Shown: positions 23,701 through 35,259, counted from the stretch's first letter. The stretch is 64,000 bases of DNA from an uncultured Candidatus Peribacteria bacterium (GCA_964422855.1 CAYRCS010000001.1:4957-68956); one strand, 5' to 3'. Numbers and translations are program-made. The notes: generated from the letters alone by a model not told the origin.

Positions 23701-25503
23701 GTACAATGAAGAGTAAGGATTGTCCTTGATCCTAAACCTGATACAGTTTTTGAAAGATGAGATATATTGGTAACTGGGATGACCAGACCCGAGTATCTAC
23801 CATTGGTAGAAAAATCTGCTGCCTTTGTCACTGATGCAGGATGAATCCTCTCTCATGCAGCAATCACTGCCAGAGAATTACACAAACCTTGTGTTATAGG
23901 AACAGAAGTAGCGAGCAAGATTTTGCAAGATGGAGACTTGGTAGAAGTAGATGCTGACAGCGGGACGGTGAAAATTTTGGAAAAATCTGATAAAAAAAAA
24001 GATAGTGCCGAGATCTGGCAGGATTATCTAGGACAAAAACTCAAACATATGGGTATCCGATGAGGAATTTGTCCACTCGATATAGGTACTTGGTATCCTG
24101 TAGAAGTGATGGAAAACTTGTACCAACTTTTCTGAGCATATAGCTCATCAGCGGTCATCTGTGACCTAAGACAAGAGATACCTACCCAATGGGTATTTCT
24201 CAAACAAAATGGACTGGATGGTTTTGGTCAGCGTGTTGATGAGATCAGAAAAAATGATCCACAGTGATTTGGCAAACTTTTGGTGAGAGTCTATGATACC
24301 TTGGACGAGGTAAAAAAATATTTTGTATCGCAAGATATTGGATCAATAAAAAATCTATCGGATATGGATCTAGCTCAGCGTTTTGTAGATTATAGAAGCC
24401 AGGTACATAAGCTTAGTGTGTACGATCAGATTGTATGGCGCAATGAAACATACTTGGATAAGCAACTCCATGAAAACATACAATCGCTTTGATTGCAGCC
24501 AAATACTGAAGAATACAATAAGGTATTGTTTGCTCTCATCATGCCACTCAGACCATCGACGGTGATGGAAGAAGAACAATCTGTGGTTAATTATGCTCAA
24601 TCCATACAACAAAGTAAAATATCACTTGCACAAGCAGCCATAGAACTAGCAGAACAATTTGGTTGGCTGCCAGCATTTGTAGCTGGTGATGAGTGGTGAT
24701 CAGATCACTACACTCCTCTATTAGAGAAATATATATCTAGATCTTCTGAAGACCTTGCTACAGCGTCACAGAAATATGTTGATCACACGACATCTACACA
24801 AGCTTTGATACACGAATATACCAAGCAGTATACTATATCTGATGCCGTATTGCAGATATGTAGTGATTATGCTCTAGCTATTGACTCCAGAAATGAAGCG
24901 GAATATTATCTTGGATTTGCAAGGAGATATCTCAGACCGGTTTGTCAAACTATCGCTCAGAGATTGTGAGTGAGTGAGGAAGAGTTGAGATTACTCTATG
25001 AAGATGAAGTACCACAATGCATGAGATGAGAAAAAAATATACATGATATTTTGGCAACCAGAAAATGAAGCTATACAGCATATTGCTACGATGCACATAC
25101 GCAAAAATCCTATACTTTTGATGGCGATGTTGCTAAAGCATTTTTGGAACACTGTAAGTCTACACAGGAAGAAAACAAAAAATCGATACATGTCGCGGCA
25201 AGCAAATGAGTGGCTCAGTGAGTAGTAAGAGTTCTCCATGGGCCATATGAAAATGATAAAGTACAGCCATGAGACATACTCATAACACAATCCACAACCG
25301 TTGATTATCTCCCAGCGATGAAAGTATGTGGTGCAATTATCACCGAGGCAGGATGACTTACCTGTCATGCGGCAGTAGTAGCTCGTGAATTGTGAGTTCC
25401 ATGTATCGTATCGTATGCATGAGCGATGACGGAGTTTAAAGATGGGGATCTGATAGAGGTAGATGCGAATACTTGTCTTATCACAACAATAAAAAGAGCC
25501 TAA
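20752..25503 (+). CDS. 1583-aa multidomain phosphotransferase: PPDK_N ATP-grasp domain plus three units of central domain and PEP-utilizer phosphohistidine swivel domain
   Basis: I read frame 1 codon by codon from 20752 to 25503 and found no TAA or TAG, and about 40 in-frame TGAs. ATP-grasp motifs: VGSCGGKGASLGEL, VRSSATKEDGMDDSFA-G-QFDTY, AVVIQKMINSEVAGVAFTVNP, GGFGLGEAVVSG, DIEWALEDGKLYILQARPIT. Swivel domains lie at about 22621..22935, 23671..23985 and 25195..25500. Each has GG-x-x-[SC]-H-A-A, with His codons at 22801, 23854 and 25366. Confidence 0.8.
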
Positions 25504-26945
25504 TGACACATCGGAAAAAAATCTGGTCCAAGAGATACTCACTGAGACTGTGAGAAAATTGGTGTTATGGTACCCAGCAATTTAGAGAATTGTTTGGTGT
25601 AGATTTTCCTGATCAAAGGATTTTTATAGATCAAGGATTTGGAACTGGGTATGTAGATACAGAGCAACTAAATACCTCCATGAATATAATATTAGAGAAA
25701 ATATATGCAGAGTGATTCGCAGCATTTTTTGAAGAAAAATGAGTCCCGGTATTTGAGAATTTTCTATCGTATTGCACTAGCTTACAAGATATACATTTTG
25801 CTATATATACCAATGATGAACTCATAAAACAGCTTCGCGAATTTCTCATACAAGAAGATAAATGGATGCATTATATGTGGATTATTTTCTTGCTGGATGA
25901 AACACTGACCTATCATTTGCAAAAAGATTTGTCAGAAAAATATCCTGCCAACGAACATATAAATATCATACAAGCACTCCTCTCTCAGAATAAAAAAACT
26001 GATGCTCTCCAGCACAAGATAGATACGCTCCACATCATGGCAGATAGAGAAGAAGGAAATATAGATCAAGATATTTTTAAGCAAAGGCTTGCTGCATTAA
26101 CGCACAAATACGCATTTTTTGCAACACTCAATATGGATGAAGGTCCTCTAGCTGCAAACTATTTTTCTCAACTCGTAACAGAGCTTCAGAGTAAATGATC
26201 TGCATCTGCACAACTCGTGGCAATCCAAGAATCAGAAGAAAACAATACGACATTGTCGCAAGAAATTTTGGACAAACACAAGGATGATAAAAATTTATCC
26301 ATACTCTTGGAAGCCTGCAAAAAAGTGTGATACTATAGAGAATGGAGAAACGATATCAGACAGAGAGCATATTTTTATGTTCGCGGATTTTATATCGAGA
26401 TCGGAGAAAGATTTGGGCTAGATATTGATCAAGTAATTTATCTCACACGTGATGAAATCCAACAATATCTGACAGCTTGAACGCTATGGAGGGACCTTGC
26501 TATTATTACACAGAGAAAGGAACATTCACTATTGGAGCAGATAGATGGAACCATATGTTATGTTTTTGATCCTGTAGAAATAGAGAAGCTCACACCTACA
26601 ACAACCGATAATGCACAACATACAGTCAAATGAACAGTAGCATATCAATGACTCGTTACTGGAACTGTTAGAATGATTCGTGATATCACTACAGACAAAG
26701 ATACTTTCAACAAAGGAGATATACTTGTTGCGACGACGACAAATCTAGCCTTTATTCCTCTCATCACCCAAGCATCAGCAATTGTGACGGATGAATGATG
26801 ACTGCTCAGCCATACTGCCATCGTAGCTCGTGAACTCAAGATACCGTGTATTGTAGGAACTAAGAATGCAACGCAGGTACTCAAAAGTGGAGAAACGATC
26901 ACCGTTGATGCTAACAAAGGTTTGGTCACAAGCCACAACTTATAG
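25503..26945 (+). CDS. 480-aa protein: central domain plus PEP-utilizer swivel domain, with no ATP-grasp domain
   Basis: Its ATG overlaps the upstream TAA (TAATG at 25501..25505). I read frame 0 through by hand to TAG at 26943. C-terminal motifs are KGTVAYQGLVTGTVR and [27 protein letters not shown] (His codon at 26811). Confidence 0.8.
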
Positions 26946-26963
26946 TGTACTTTGTATAAATAC

Positions 26964-26991
26964 TTGACATTTTGCTATTTTTGAGTATAGT
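26964..26991 (+). promoter_or_regulatory. putative sigma-70 promoter (TTGACA-16 nt-TATAGT)
   Basis: Hexamers at 26964..26969 and 26986..26991, upstream of the ATG at 27022. Confidence 0.5.
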
Positions 26992-27021
26992 TTGCTAAAT
27001 TATTTATTTTCCTTTTTCTCT

Positions 27022-27750
27022 ATGAGTGAAAGATTGCATACCATCATCGGATCGAGACATTCTAAGCACCAAAATGATATTCCTACTGTAGATGGGCTTG
27101 AGGAAGTTAGAGCAAATGCTGCTCAGATCAAACATGCAGTGCCTGCAAATATACTCAACGCTCAGACAATAGGTACAAACAAAAACAGAACACAAGTAAC
27201 AGCAAAAGAAATTGCCAATACTTTGGGGGTGCCTGTAAGTGAAGTTCAAATCAAAGATTGGCTCAACATCAATCCAGAAAAAAGTCCTGAAAACATTAAA
27301 AAAATTTTGGGCGTCATAGATAAGCAGTATGAAAACGACCCAAGCGTCAAAGCTAATGGATACTCTGATGGGCTAGTGTATCAGATACAACGTAATATGA
27401 TATGCGACATAGAGACAAAGGAAGATGTGGATGTGAGACCTTTTTCTAGATTTACAGCAAACAAACTCTATCAAACAATTCAAATGATCAAAAGAAACCC
27501 TACATATTCTAACCTTAGTATTGGTGGAATACATGGTGGGCGATGGCTTGAGACTGTGCTCTATACTTTTCGAGGAGAAAATATGCCTACAGCTTGGGAA
27601 GGTCAGATTAGAATGGGAGAAATGTTTACTATGCATGTAGATAAAGATACTGAAACAGGCAAAGTATCGCTCGTTGTCAACTATAGAAATGAAGAACGCT
27701 CTGTTTCGGAAGATGATATGAAAGCAGCTATAGATAAACTTCCAGCATAG
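27022..27750 (+). CDS. hypothetical protein, tentatively histidine-phosphatase-superfamily-like
   Basis: Track ORF 26992..27750; ATG at 27022 is preferred. The segments IIGSRHSKH, RTQVTAKEIA and IGGIHGGRWLE loosely resemble the RHG and HG elements of the phosphoglycerate-mutase-like fold. No TGA codons. Confidence 0.45.
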   Translation: MSERLHTIIGSRHSKHQNDIPTVDGLEEVRANAAQIKHAVPANILNAQTIGTNKNRTQVTAKEIANTLGVPVSEVQIKDWLNINPEKSPENIKKILGVIDKQYENDPSVKANGYSDGLVYQIQRNMICDIETKEDVDVRPFSRFTANKLYQTIQMIKRNPTYSNLSIGGIHGGRWLETVLYTFRGENMPTAWEGQIRMGEMFTMHVDKDTETGKVSLVVNYRNEERSVSEDDMKAAIDKLPA

Positions 27751-27754
27751 TTTT

Positions 27755-28906
27755 CTACCCAATACTCTTCGCCTCAAGTGTCGCCAGATAGGTGGGCTTG
27801 AGGTTTTTTTGTAGAAGAAAATCTTTTGGGGTTTTGATATCGGCGGTAGCGTTGAAATCAGTGTATACCTTGGCCATAGTCTCAGCGAGAACCTCGACAC
27901 AGTTTACTTTACTGCTATCCTCTTTCTTGATACCGACCTTATTGTTCAGTCCTCCAGTCAAACCAGCGATAGCAGCTCCTTCATCATATTCTTTGCCCAT
28001 TTGATTTGCTCTGATATCCTCTACTGTCTTAGTCAATCAGGTCTGAGTATCAGTAGATACTCATGATAGGACCAATATATCAGCCGCAGTATATCACTGC
28101 AGATATGTATCAAGTCTTACTTCATCGACACCACTCTTGCCATCCACACCGATCGTCCCTGTAGAATGAATGATATATGGTATACCGTTTTCTATCTTAC
28201 TGACGATCACCGAATGCATCCAAACACTGTTGGTAGCTTCTTGGATACCGGCTGTAGCAATCTTGTGAGCGGGACCCGACTCTGATGCGCTTACTTTATC
28301 TCATTTATTGAGAAGCAATATGTTCCCTGGCTGTAACTCATGCTGTAAGCATTGTCGTGGAGCGCTAGGTTCCAATTCTATTTTCTTGGTTTTTTTGTAA
28401 GCATAATCTTTGGCTAGGCTCAAAAGATAGGTGTATTTGAGTTTCTTATTGTAGTTACTCGTCGTATTGATCTTTGCATCCATGTCGTGGATATAGTCTT
28501 GTAGTTGCGCATCATCCAAGGACGCGAAATCTATATCATCATCCAAATTTTCATATTTGTCCAAGCCTGTTTTTTCTGCATCTTTGAAAAATATACCACT
28601 CAACCAACCTATGATCTTACTGGCTGCATCGACATATTTCTTTTCCTGCACCAATTGCTGAACTTCAGTAAAAGTCTGATCTTGTCGATCCTCTGCATCT
28701 TGCTCTCCATCTATCTTATCAAAAACTTTCTTGAGCTCTGGATCGAGTACATCATCTGCCAATACATCTAATTTCTGATCAGTATCTACCTTGACGAGTA
28801 GCTCCTCTGCCGCTTTTTTGATATCAGGAGAAACTGGGACTTGCTCGGTCTCTGGTATTTTTATTTCCTCTTTTTTGTCGATCTTATCAGGCATGACCTT
28901 CATCAC
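27755..28906 (-). CDS. protein with an acidic N-terminal region and a C-terminal YiiX-like permuted papain (NlpC/P60-type) domain
   Basis: Track ORFs 28301..28906 and 27755..28036 share a frame. The order WMHSVIVS...IIHSTG...GKEYDEG...KVNCVEVL places His before Cys, as in permuted NlpC/P60 hydrolases. The call is tentative. Confidence 0.5.
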
Positions 28907-29516
28907 TTCGATCTAAAATCATCATGTACATCTTATCTAGTTTTTTGTCTAATTTATGCAATAATTCGTTATTCTCATAGATATGAAACCCAGCTTTTTC
29001 ATAAAGCTTTTGTGCAGGCATCAAGGCGTCATATTTTTTGCTATTGACGCACAGAAGACACTTCCTGGCTGGGAAATGTTTTTTGGTATAATCGAGTAAT
29101 GTATCTAGTAATTTGAGAGAAGTTCCGGTCCCTCTATATAAGGGATCTGTATATACTCCAGCTAGAAAATTGTAATCCATATCAGATGTCCCATCTGGGA
29201 AAACCAAACCTTGTATTATCGTCATAATCGCTACGAGTTTATCATCGACATACACTCCCATCGTCTTTCTATCGGGCTTAGCCAATCTTTCTATCCATTC
29301 ACGATCTTCTCTTTCGTTCTCTTGTTCATAGCTACCGCCAAATGCTTCTGGAGTATCTTGTAATCATTCCAATCTTAATCTTTTATATTCTTCCCAATTA
29401 TTTGGTCACAATTCTCTTATTTCTGCGTGCTGTTGCAATTTATCTATAGAAAATGCTATGGATTTGTTTTGATATGGTTGGTTGTATGATGAAGCTGGGG
29501 TATTAATCATAGTCAT
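28884..29516 (-). CDS. GNAT family N-acetyltransferase
   Basis: Track ORF 28887..29285 extends upstream through TGAs to ATG at 29516. The motif VYTDPLYRGTGTSLKLLD resembles a GNAT acetyl-CoA-binding loop. One extra Gly codon precedes the TAA at 28884. Overlaps the downstream gene start by about 20 nt. Confidence 0.7.
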
Positions 29517-29569
29517 TATGCCGTGTATAAATATATGATAATTATATGGGCACATGCACAATAATGCAA

Positions 29570-30613
29570 CTAATAATCAAATATTTCTAATCGTTTCTGA
29601 ACCTCTGGATGTTTGGATATATCTTGGAGTGTATTGTGAAATCGACTGTTGCGCTGGACGAGATTAGTATCAATATTTTCCAATAATTTTATCATCTCAG
29701 TCTGTTTATATCATTTTTTGTTTACCATACGTATATCGTGTACTTTTTGCGTTTTATCATGCATATCATGAGCTGCTTGGACAAAAAAATCAAAATCTTT
29801 TTTGATGGCATCAGGCAACAAAATATACTGACTTGGTATGATCGCTAGATATGTATTATACTGATCACAGATGGATTGGGTATAGTTACTTATAGATATA
29901 CCTATCATATCCTCAACAGTAAGGTCTGCAAATGGGGTTCCTGGATGATGTATCCCATGGAAATTTTGTTGCTGTTCCTCGAGAAATGCATCATCAGTAT
30001 ATAGTTTGGACAATCATAGAATAGATCTTGCCAAAAGCCTGTAACGCAACACATTATATTCTTTGTTCTTCATATCTTTCTGCATACCATCAATGAGATG
30101 AAGTACTTTTGCAATATCCGCTTGTGTGATAGCTATAGCATTTTCTAATGGATTGTCGCCAACTGTGAGCGATATTTTATTTATCTGCCTAGGAATCTCA
30201 TATGAATTTGTATATGGAGCACGACCTACCATCTGTAGATCTACAGTAGTAGGAGATGTTTCTTGCACAATAATTTGTGTACCTGGTTTGCCGTCATCTC
30301 CAACAAAATAGGATATTCTCCCTGGAGAAAAGGCGTTTTTTCATTTTTTGGGATGAGCATCGCGCAGTACATTACCTAGATTTGCAACCAATGTCATATT
30401 GTTGGGTCCATGCCTATATGGCATACCCAGTATCATTGTAGTGTTTTCATATGTCCCTTTATTTTCTGCTGTTTCAATTGTTGGATATGTAGCCTTAGTT
30501 GTCTCAATAAAAATATCATTCACATGTATATGTGTCCAAGAATGATTGATAATAGTATTCTTATCTTCACTTCTGTATATATTTTCTCGTCATAGGGTAC
30601 TACTTTCTGGCAT
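29570..30613 (-). CDS. hypothetical protein (347 aa)
   Basis: Track ORFs 30341..30523, 30014..30268 and 29711..30013 share a frame. ATG at 30613, TAG at 29570. No motif recognised. Confidence 0.55.
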
Positions 30614-30740
30614 CTTCCCAATCTCATAAACATTGACATTTTAGATTTATAGATATTTTTAGCAAGAGATTGTCGAGCTAAGCTATTGCAATTTATCTAT
30701 AGACTGATAGTCTTCGTTTTGTTATCTCCAAGGTTCCAAA

Positions 30741-32411
30741 ATGACTCCATATACTATCCAATACGACAACGAAACTGAAGATCTGCTTACCAGATTGCTC
30801 AAAATAAGAAATATCGACTGTGCGATAGATGATTTTCTGGATCCAAGTATTGCCACCTATTGGACCAATCCATTTTTACTCAACGATATGGACAAAGCCG
30901 TCCAAAGAATCATCACTGCACTCAAAAATGATGAACATATTTCTATCTTTGCCGACTATGATGTGGATGGCGTTACGTCCAGTTTCCTCTTGCATACATT
31001 TTTCACAAGATTCCTCAAATACCCCCATGTTTCTGTGCATTATCCTGATAGACTCAAGGATGGTTATGGTATCAAAAAACATCATATCGATAGTATAGCC
31101 GCATCTGGGCACAAACTTATCATTACGGTCGATAATGGCATTACTGCTGTTGAAGAAGCTCTCCATGCCAAGTCTCTTGATATCGATCTGCTCATCACTG
31201 ATCATCACGAAGTGTCAGAGAAAGGTGTGCCAGAAGCATATGCTGTCGTCAATCCGCAAGTATCTCCTCAATATGCTTTCAAGTGACTGTGTGGCGCTGG
31301 TGTGGCATTTAAGCTTATCTGTGCCATGATGGAGACATCTTCCTGGGACAAGGAAAAGAAAAATATGACCTTTATGTATCTCCTCCCTATCGTCGCTATA
31401 GCAACGGTGGCAGATTGTGTCCCTTTGGTCAAAGAAAATAGAGTCTTGGTCAAGAAGGGACTCGAACAGATAAACAAAAACCGTAATGGAATACCTAAGT
31501 CACTCAAAGGTTTGTTGGATTATCTCAAGATAACCAAACCTATCGATAGTTTTCATATCTGATTTATGATAGGCCCCAGAATCAATGCTGGAGGTAGAGT
31601 TGGTAGTCCACATGATAGTCTCAATATCTTACTCAAGACTGGTGAAGAACAGCTTGCCCACTTGGATAAGCTCGAAGGGATGAATACCGAGAGAAGAAAA
31701 CTCCAAGAAACTGCATACAAACTCGCAGAACAACAAGTGGATCATGATGAAAATATCCTCATCGCTGTCCATGATGAGTTCCATGAATGAATTATAGGAA
31801 TAGTCGCTGGTAGATTGGCAGAAAAATACAATAAGCCGACCGTTGTCATGAGTATCAATCGTGAAGAAAATAAAATCGTAGCCAGTCTGAGATGACCGGA
31901 TTATTTTCACGTGATGCATATGCTCAATGAAGTAGGAACATTGCTTACCCGTTATGGCGGACATAAGCAGGCCGGAGGCATGAGCTGTCCTTATGACCAA
32001 GTAGATCAAGTGATAGCAAAAATCTATGCATATGGACGCGCACATGTTACTGATCTAGATCTCCTCAAAAAATTGACAGTAGATACAACTATCCAAGAAC
32101 ATGAACGACTTCCTGAAACATTGGAAAAAATAAGTAAACTAGCTCCTTTTGGGATTGGCAATGAAGAGCCTGTTTTTCTCATCAAAGGCCTACAGATTGC
32201 CCATATCGAAAAAGTCGGGACGAGAGGCAATGGCCATCTCAAACTCCATGCACATCTCGGAACCAAGAAGATTACCAGTATGTTTTGGTCCAAGTGACAC
32301 CATCTTGATCAACTTAAGAAAGGTACAACAGCTGATGTTATCGGGAAAATAAGAGCCGACGACTTCAACGGCGGCTATTTCATCGACGGGGTGGATTATA
32401 TTATAGAGTAA
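30741..32411 (+). CDS. recJ: single-stranded-DNA-specific exonuclease RecJ
   Basis: Track ORFs 30741..31286, 31302..31562, 31566..31790 and 31911..32297 share a frame. DHH motifs: IFADYDVDGVTS, ITVDNGI, ITDHH, GPRINAGGR and GGHKQAGG. Confidence 0.9.
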
Positions 32412-32428
32412 TTTTTGGCTAAGTTATG

Positions 32429-32456
32429 TTGAAAAATATTGACTTATCTGTATACT
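32429..32456 (+). promoter_or_regulatory. putative sigma-70 promoter (TTGAAA-16 nt-TATACT)
   Basis: Hexamers at 32429..32434 and 32451..32456. Confidence 0.4.
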
Positions 32457-32501
32457 GATTTTTCACAAACAAAAACAATCGTAAACCAAAAACGTGCAAC
32501 C

Positions 32502-33035
32502 ATGGGGAAAAAGCAACAAACAAACGGCAATGGCGGCCTCACAACAGCCAAAGGATTTAATCAGGAACTTGATTTGCCTCCACAGGTAACTCACCGATAT
32601 TCTGATGATGAACTACTTATTTTCAAGGACCTTATTGACAAAAAAATAGAGGAAATTAAAGATAATATTGAATCATCAAAACAAGAAGATTTGAGTGAGC
32701 TCTTGCCTTGGCAAAAAGAGACTGTGATTCAGTCTAGAACTCGGAGCGAAAACCAGATTAAAAAATTGGAATTAGCTTTGAGCCGAATCCAAAACAAGAC
32801 CTATGGTATTTGTTCGTCTACAGGGAAACTTATCCCAAAAGAACGCCTACGCCTGCAACTCACTGCCACCAAAACAGTAGAAGCTGAAAATATGGCACAA
32901 AGACCAGGTTTTAGTGGTCCGAAAGAACCAAATGCAGTTCCTTTCAATCAAGAGTTGGACATCAACAATTCTGATGACTGAAAGTTTATCAAAAAAATGT
33001 GTGCGCCGGATTTCCGGCCACCTTTTTTGTTATAG
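32502..33035 (+). CDS. DksA/TraR-like protein with a degenerate zinc finger
   Basis: Coiled-coil region plus RIQNKTYGICSSTGKLIPKERL, a DksA C-terminal pattern with the Cys residues partly lost. The TGA at 32979 adds an 18-codon tail that runs through a terminator-like hairpin to TAG at 33033. Confidence 0.55.
33005..33029. terminator. weak bidirectional terminator-like hairpin (GCCGGA/TCCGGC flanked by A and T runs)
   Basis: Inverted repeat at 33005..33018 with TTTTTT at 33023..33028. Lies between convergent genes and inside the code-25 tail of the DksA-like ORF. Confidence 0.35.
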
Positions 33036-33476
33036 AGATATATACTGTCCCATAAATATGCCCTTATTGGTGAAGCCAAATTTTTCGTAGTATGGAATCA
33101 TTTCTGCATCACAGTCGAGTATGATTTTGTAACAATGAGCGTCTTTGGCTGCTTGGATAGAGTGATTGATAAGCGCACTTGCTATCCCCTGTCCTTCGTA
33201 TCATTTTTTGGTAACGACATCTTCCAGATGTCCGGCAATTTTTGCCCCTCTGATAAACTTCTGTTCGATCATGAGAGAAATTGAGCCAACTAAATGGCCA
33301 TCGTCGTGAAGAGCTACATATATATGCGTATCTTGAGCGTTAATTTTTTGCAAAACTTCTTGTGCTTTTTCGAGAGAAATTACTTCAGTTGGCACAAGAT
33401 TGTTTAATGTTTCTATAAAATCATCGAGATGTGAAGTGAGTATGTCAGATGTGAGTTCTTCTATTTTGAAAGTCAT
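33030..33476 (-). CDS. GNAT family N-acetyltransferase (148 aa)
   Basis: Track ORF 33201..33476 extends through a TGA to TAA at 33030. The motif KK-G-YEGQGIASALINH resembles a GNAT Q/RxxGxG/A loop. Confidence 0.75.
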
Positions 33477-33484
33477 AGTCAGTA

Positions 33485-35257
33485 TTACATATAAAGTATA
33501 TCATCCCACGGTGTTCTATACAATCCTTCGCCCAATCTTTTCTGGTCAATATGATGACCGATGAAGCCAATAGATCTAGCCAATTCAAATAGTGCGTTAA
33601 ACAAATCCGCATCGATATACGTTTGCATATCATCTGCTGACATCTTCATGGATGCCATCATATCCAGCAACATAGCTGCGATATGACCGTCTACGTTGAG
33701 TATGAGGTTTGGTTTTTTCATCGTCGTGAGTGCTTCTACTTCTTTAGCAAAAGTGATATGTTTTTGTGAAGGAAATTTTTTGCTGAGTTTGAAGAGTATG
33801 TCACATCTCTTATCTGGATTGTAGATTGATTTAATTTTATGTCCGATACCTGGGATGAGAACTCCTTCTTTTTTCATCGTATCGATAAATTGTTTGGCTG
33901 TTTGTTTGTTAGTGACTGCTTGGAAGAAATACTGCCCTGCGCCAGAAATCGCTCATCCAAAGCGTGGTCCTATCGTTAACAAACCTGATGCCAAACTACT
34001 CACGACGTCCTTACCGGCTCTGGCTGTGACGATGGCGTTGCTTGCTCAACTCACTGCTGGACCGTGATCTGCGGATAAGATAATCGCAGTGTTGATAAAA
34101 TCGAGTGCATAGTCAGGCAATTGTTTCTTAAATCGGAGATGTCCGATCACATTTGCAATGCTGCCTTTTTTGACGAAATCAGATATATTTTTGCCGTTAT
34201 ATGTAAGCTCGTCTCCTCTCTCATCGGAAATCGTAGATGTAATGACAGTCGCACGACGTGACGCGAGTGTCGCTAATTTTTTCTGAACTCATGCATCATC
34301 TTTTTTGGTCATAGAAATTTTGAGAGAACTAAATACTTTGCCTATCGTTTTACCAAAATCATCAAATGACTTCGGGACAAAAGCTCCTTGCTGTGCAAGA
34401 TATTTGTTTTTGAAACTTGCTGTCTCGCGTTCTGCGTTTGCTTTGGCTCCTGCATGACCAAACTGCACATCAGATTTGATTTTTTCGGCTGCAGTACCTG
34501 CTGCTCGAGCCACGAGTGGTTTCTTGATCTTCTTGGCTTTGATCATATCTGCGATCATGTTTTCATCTTCATTTCCTACTTCTCACAATAGCACAATCAT
34601 TTTGATCTCAGGATTTTTCTCGTATCGCGAGATGACTTGCTGAAATGTCGTCATCGGATATCTATCTCATCCTACTTGGATCGCAGTATGTACGCCATCA
34701 GTGACCTTGCTGATCACACGACACAGCTCATTCATCATACCACCGGATTTGGTGACTAATCCGACTGATCCTGCTCTATATAACTTAGAAGCCATGATGT
34801 TTTCCATCGATCCACCTGTGTTACCTACACGCAATGCACCTGCTACGATACCACCAACAACTGATGGACCTATCAAATTGATGTTATATTTTTTGTTGAG
34901 AGCAATAATCTCTCTGGTATCTTTTTCGGGGATTCATTCTGCTACGGTAAACATATTTTGAAATAATTTGGTTTCGAGTGCTTCTTTCACAACGGCTGGT
35001 GCTGTACGATGTGATGCGAAGTTGATCAGTGTATCAAAAGGTGCGTATTTCTTGAGATCGCTCCACTCATTTACCTGTGGGACAAATATTTCTTTGTCGC
35101 CAAAAAATACCTTCTGCGGTTTGCATTCGTTATCAGAGACCATGATGGCTTTGACGCTGGGATCACGCCCACAAAGAAAATCATAGTCCAGCATACGCTG
35201 CAAGACATCGACGTGATTGCCGTAAAATATACAATATGATGATGAGGAGAATTTCAT
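33485..35257 (-). CDS. aclA: ATP-citrate lyase large subunit (CoA-ligase plus citryl-CoA lyase domains)
   Basis: Track ORFs 34934..35257, 34667..34876, 34289..34558 and 33485..33877 share a frame, and I checked the gaps for stops. Motifs track ACLY closely: [31 protein letters not shown] (catalytic His), [36 protein letters not shown] and [10 protein letters not shown]. Confidence 0.9.
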
Positions 35258-35259
35258 GG

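Noticed and set aside
24991-25542. A 183-aa minus-strand track ORF inside the giant PPDK-like gene (also 22198..22443, 22666..22938 and 23586..23831)
   Set aside because: They are antisense to a frame with clear PEP-utilizer motifs. These are shadow ORFs typical of AT-rich DNA.
20752-26945. The four swivel units as an assembly artefact (a collapsed or expanded tandem repeat)
   Set aside because: Apart from one 20-nt identity, the units differ throughout at the nucleotide level. Their central regions differ in length (about 245 to 400 aa), which is not what a misassembled identical repeat looks like. Long-read confirmation is still advisable.
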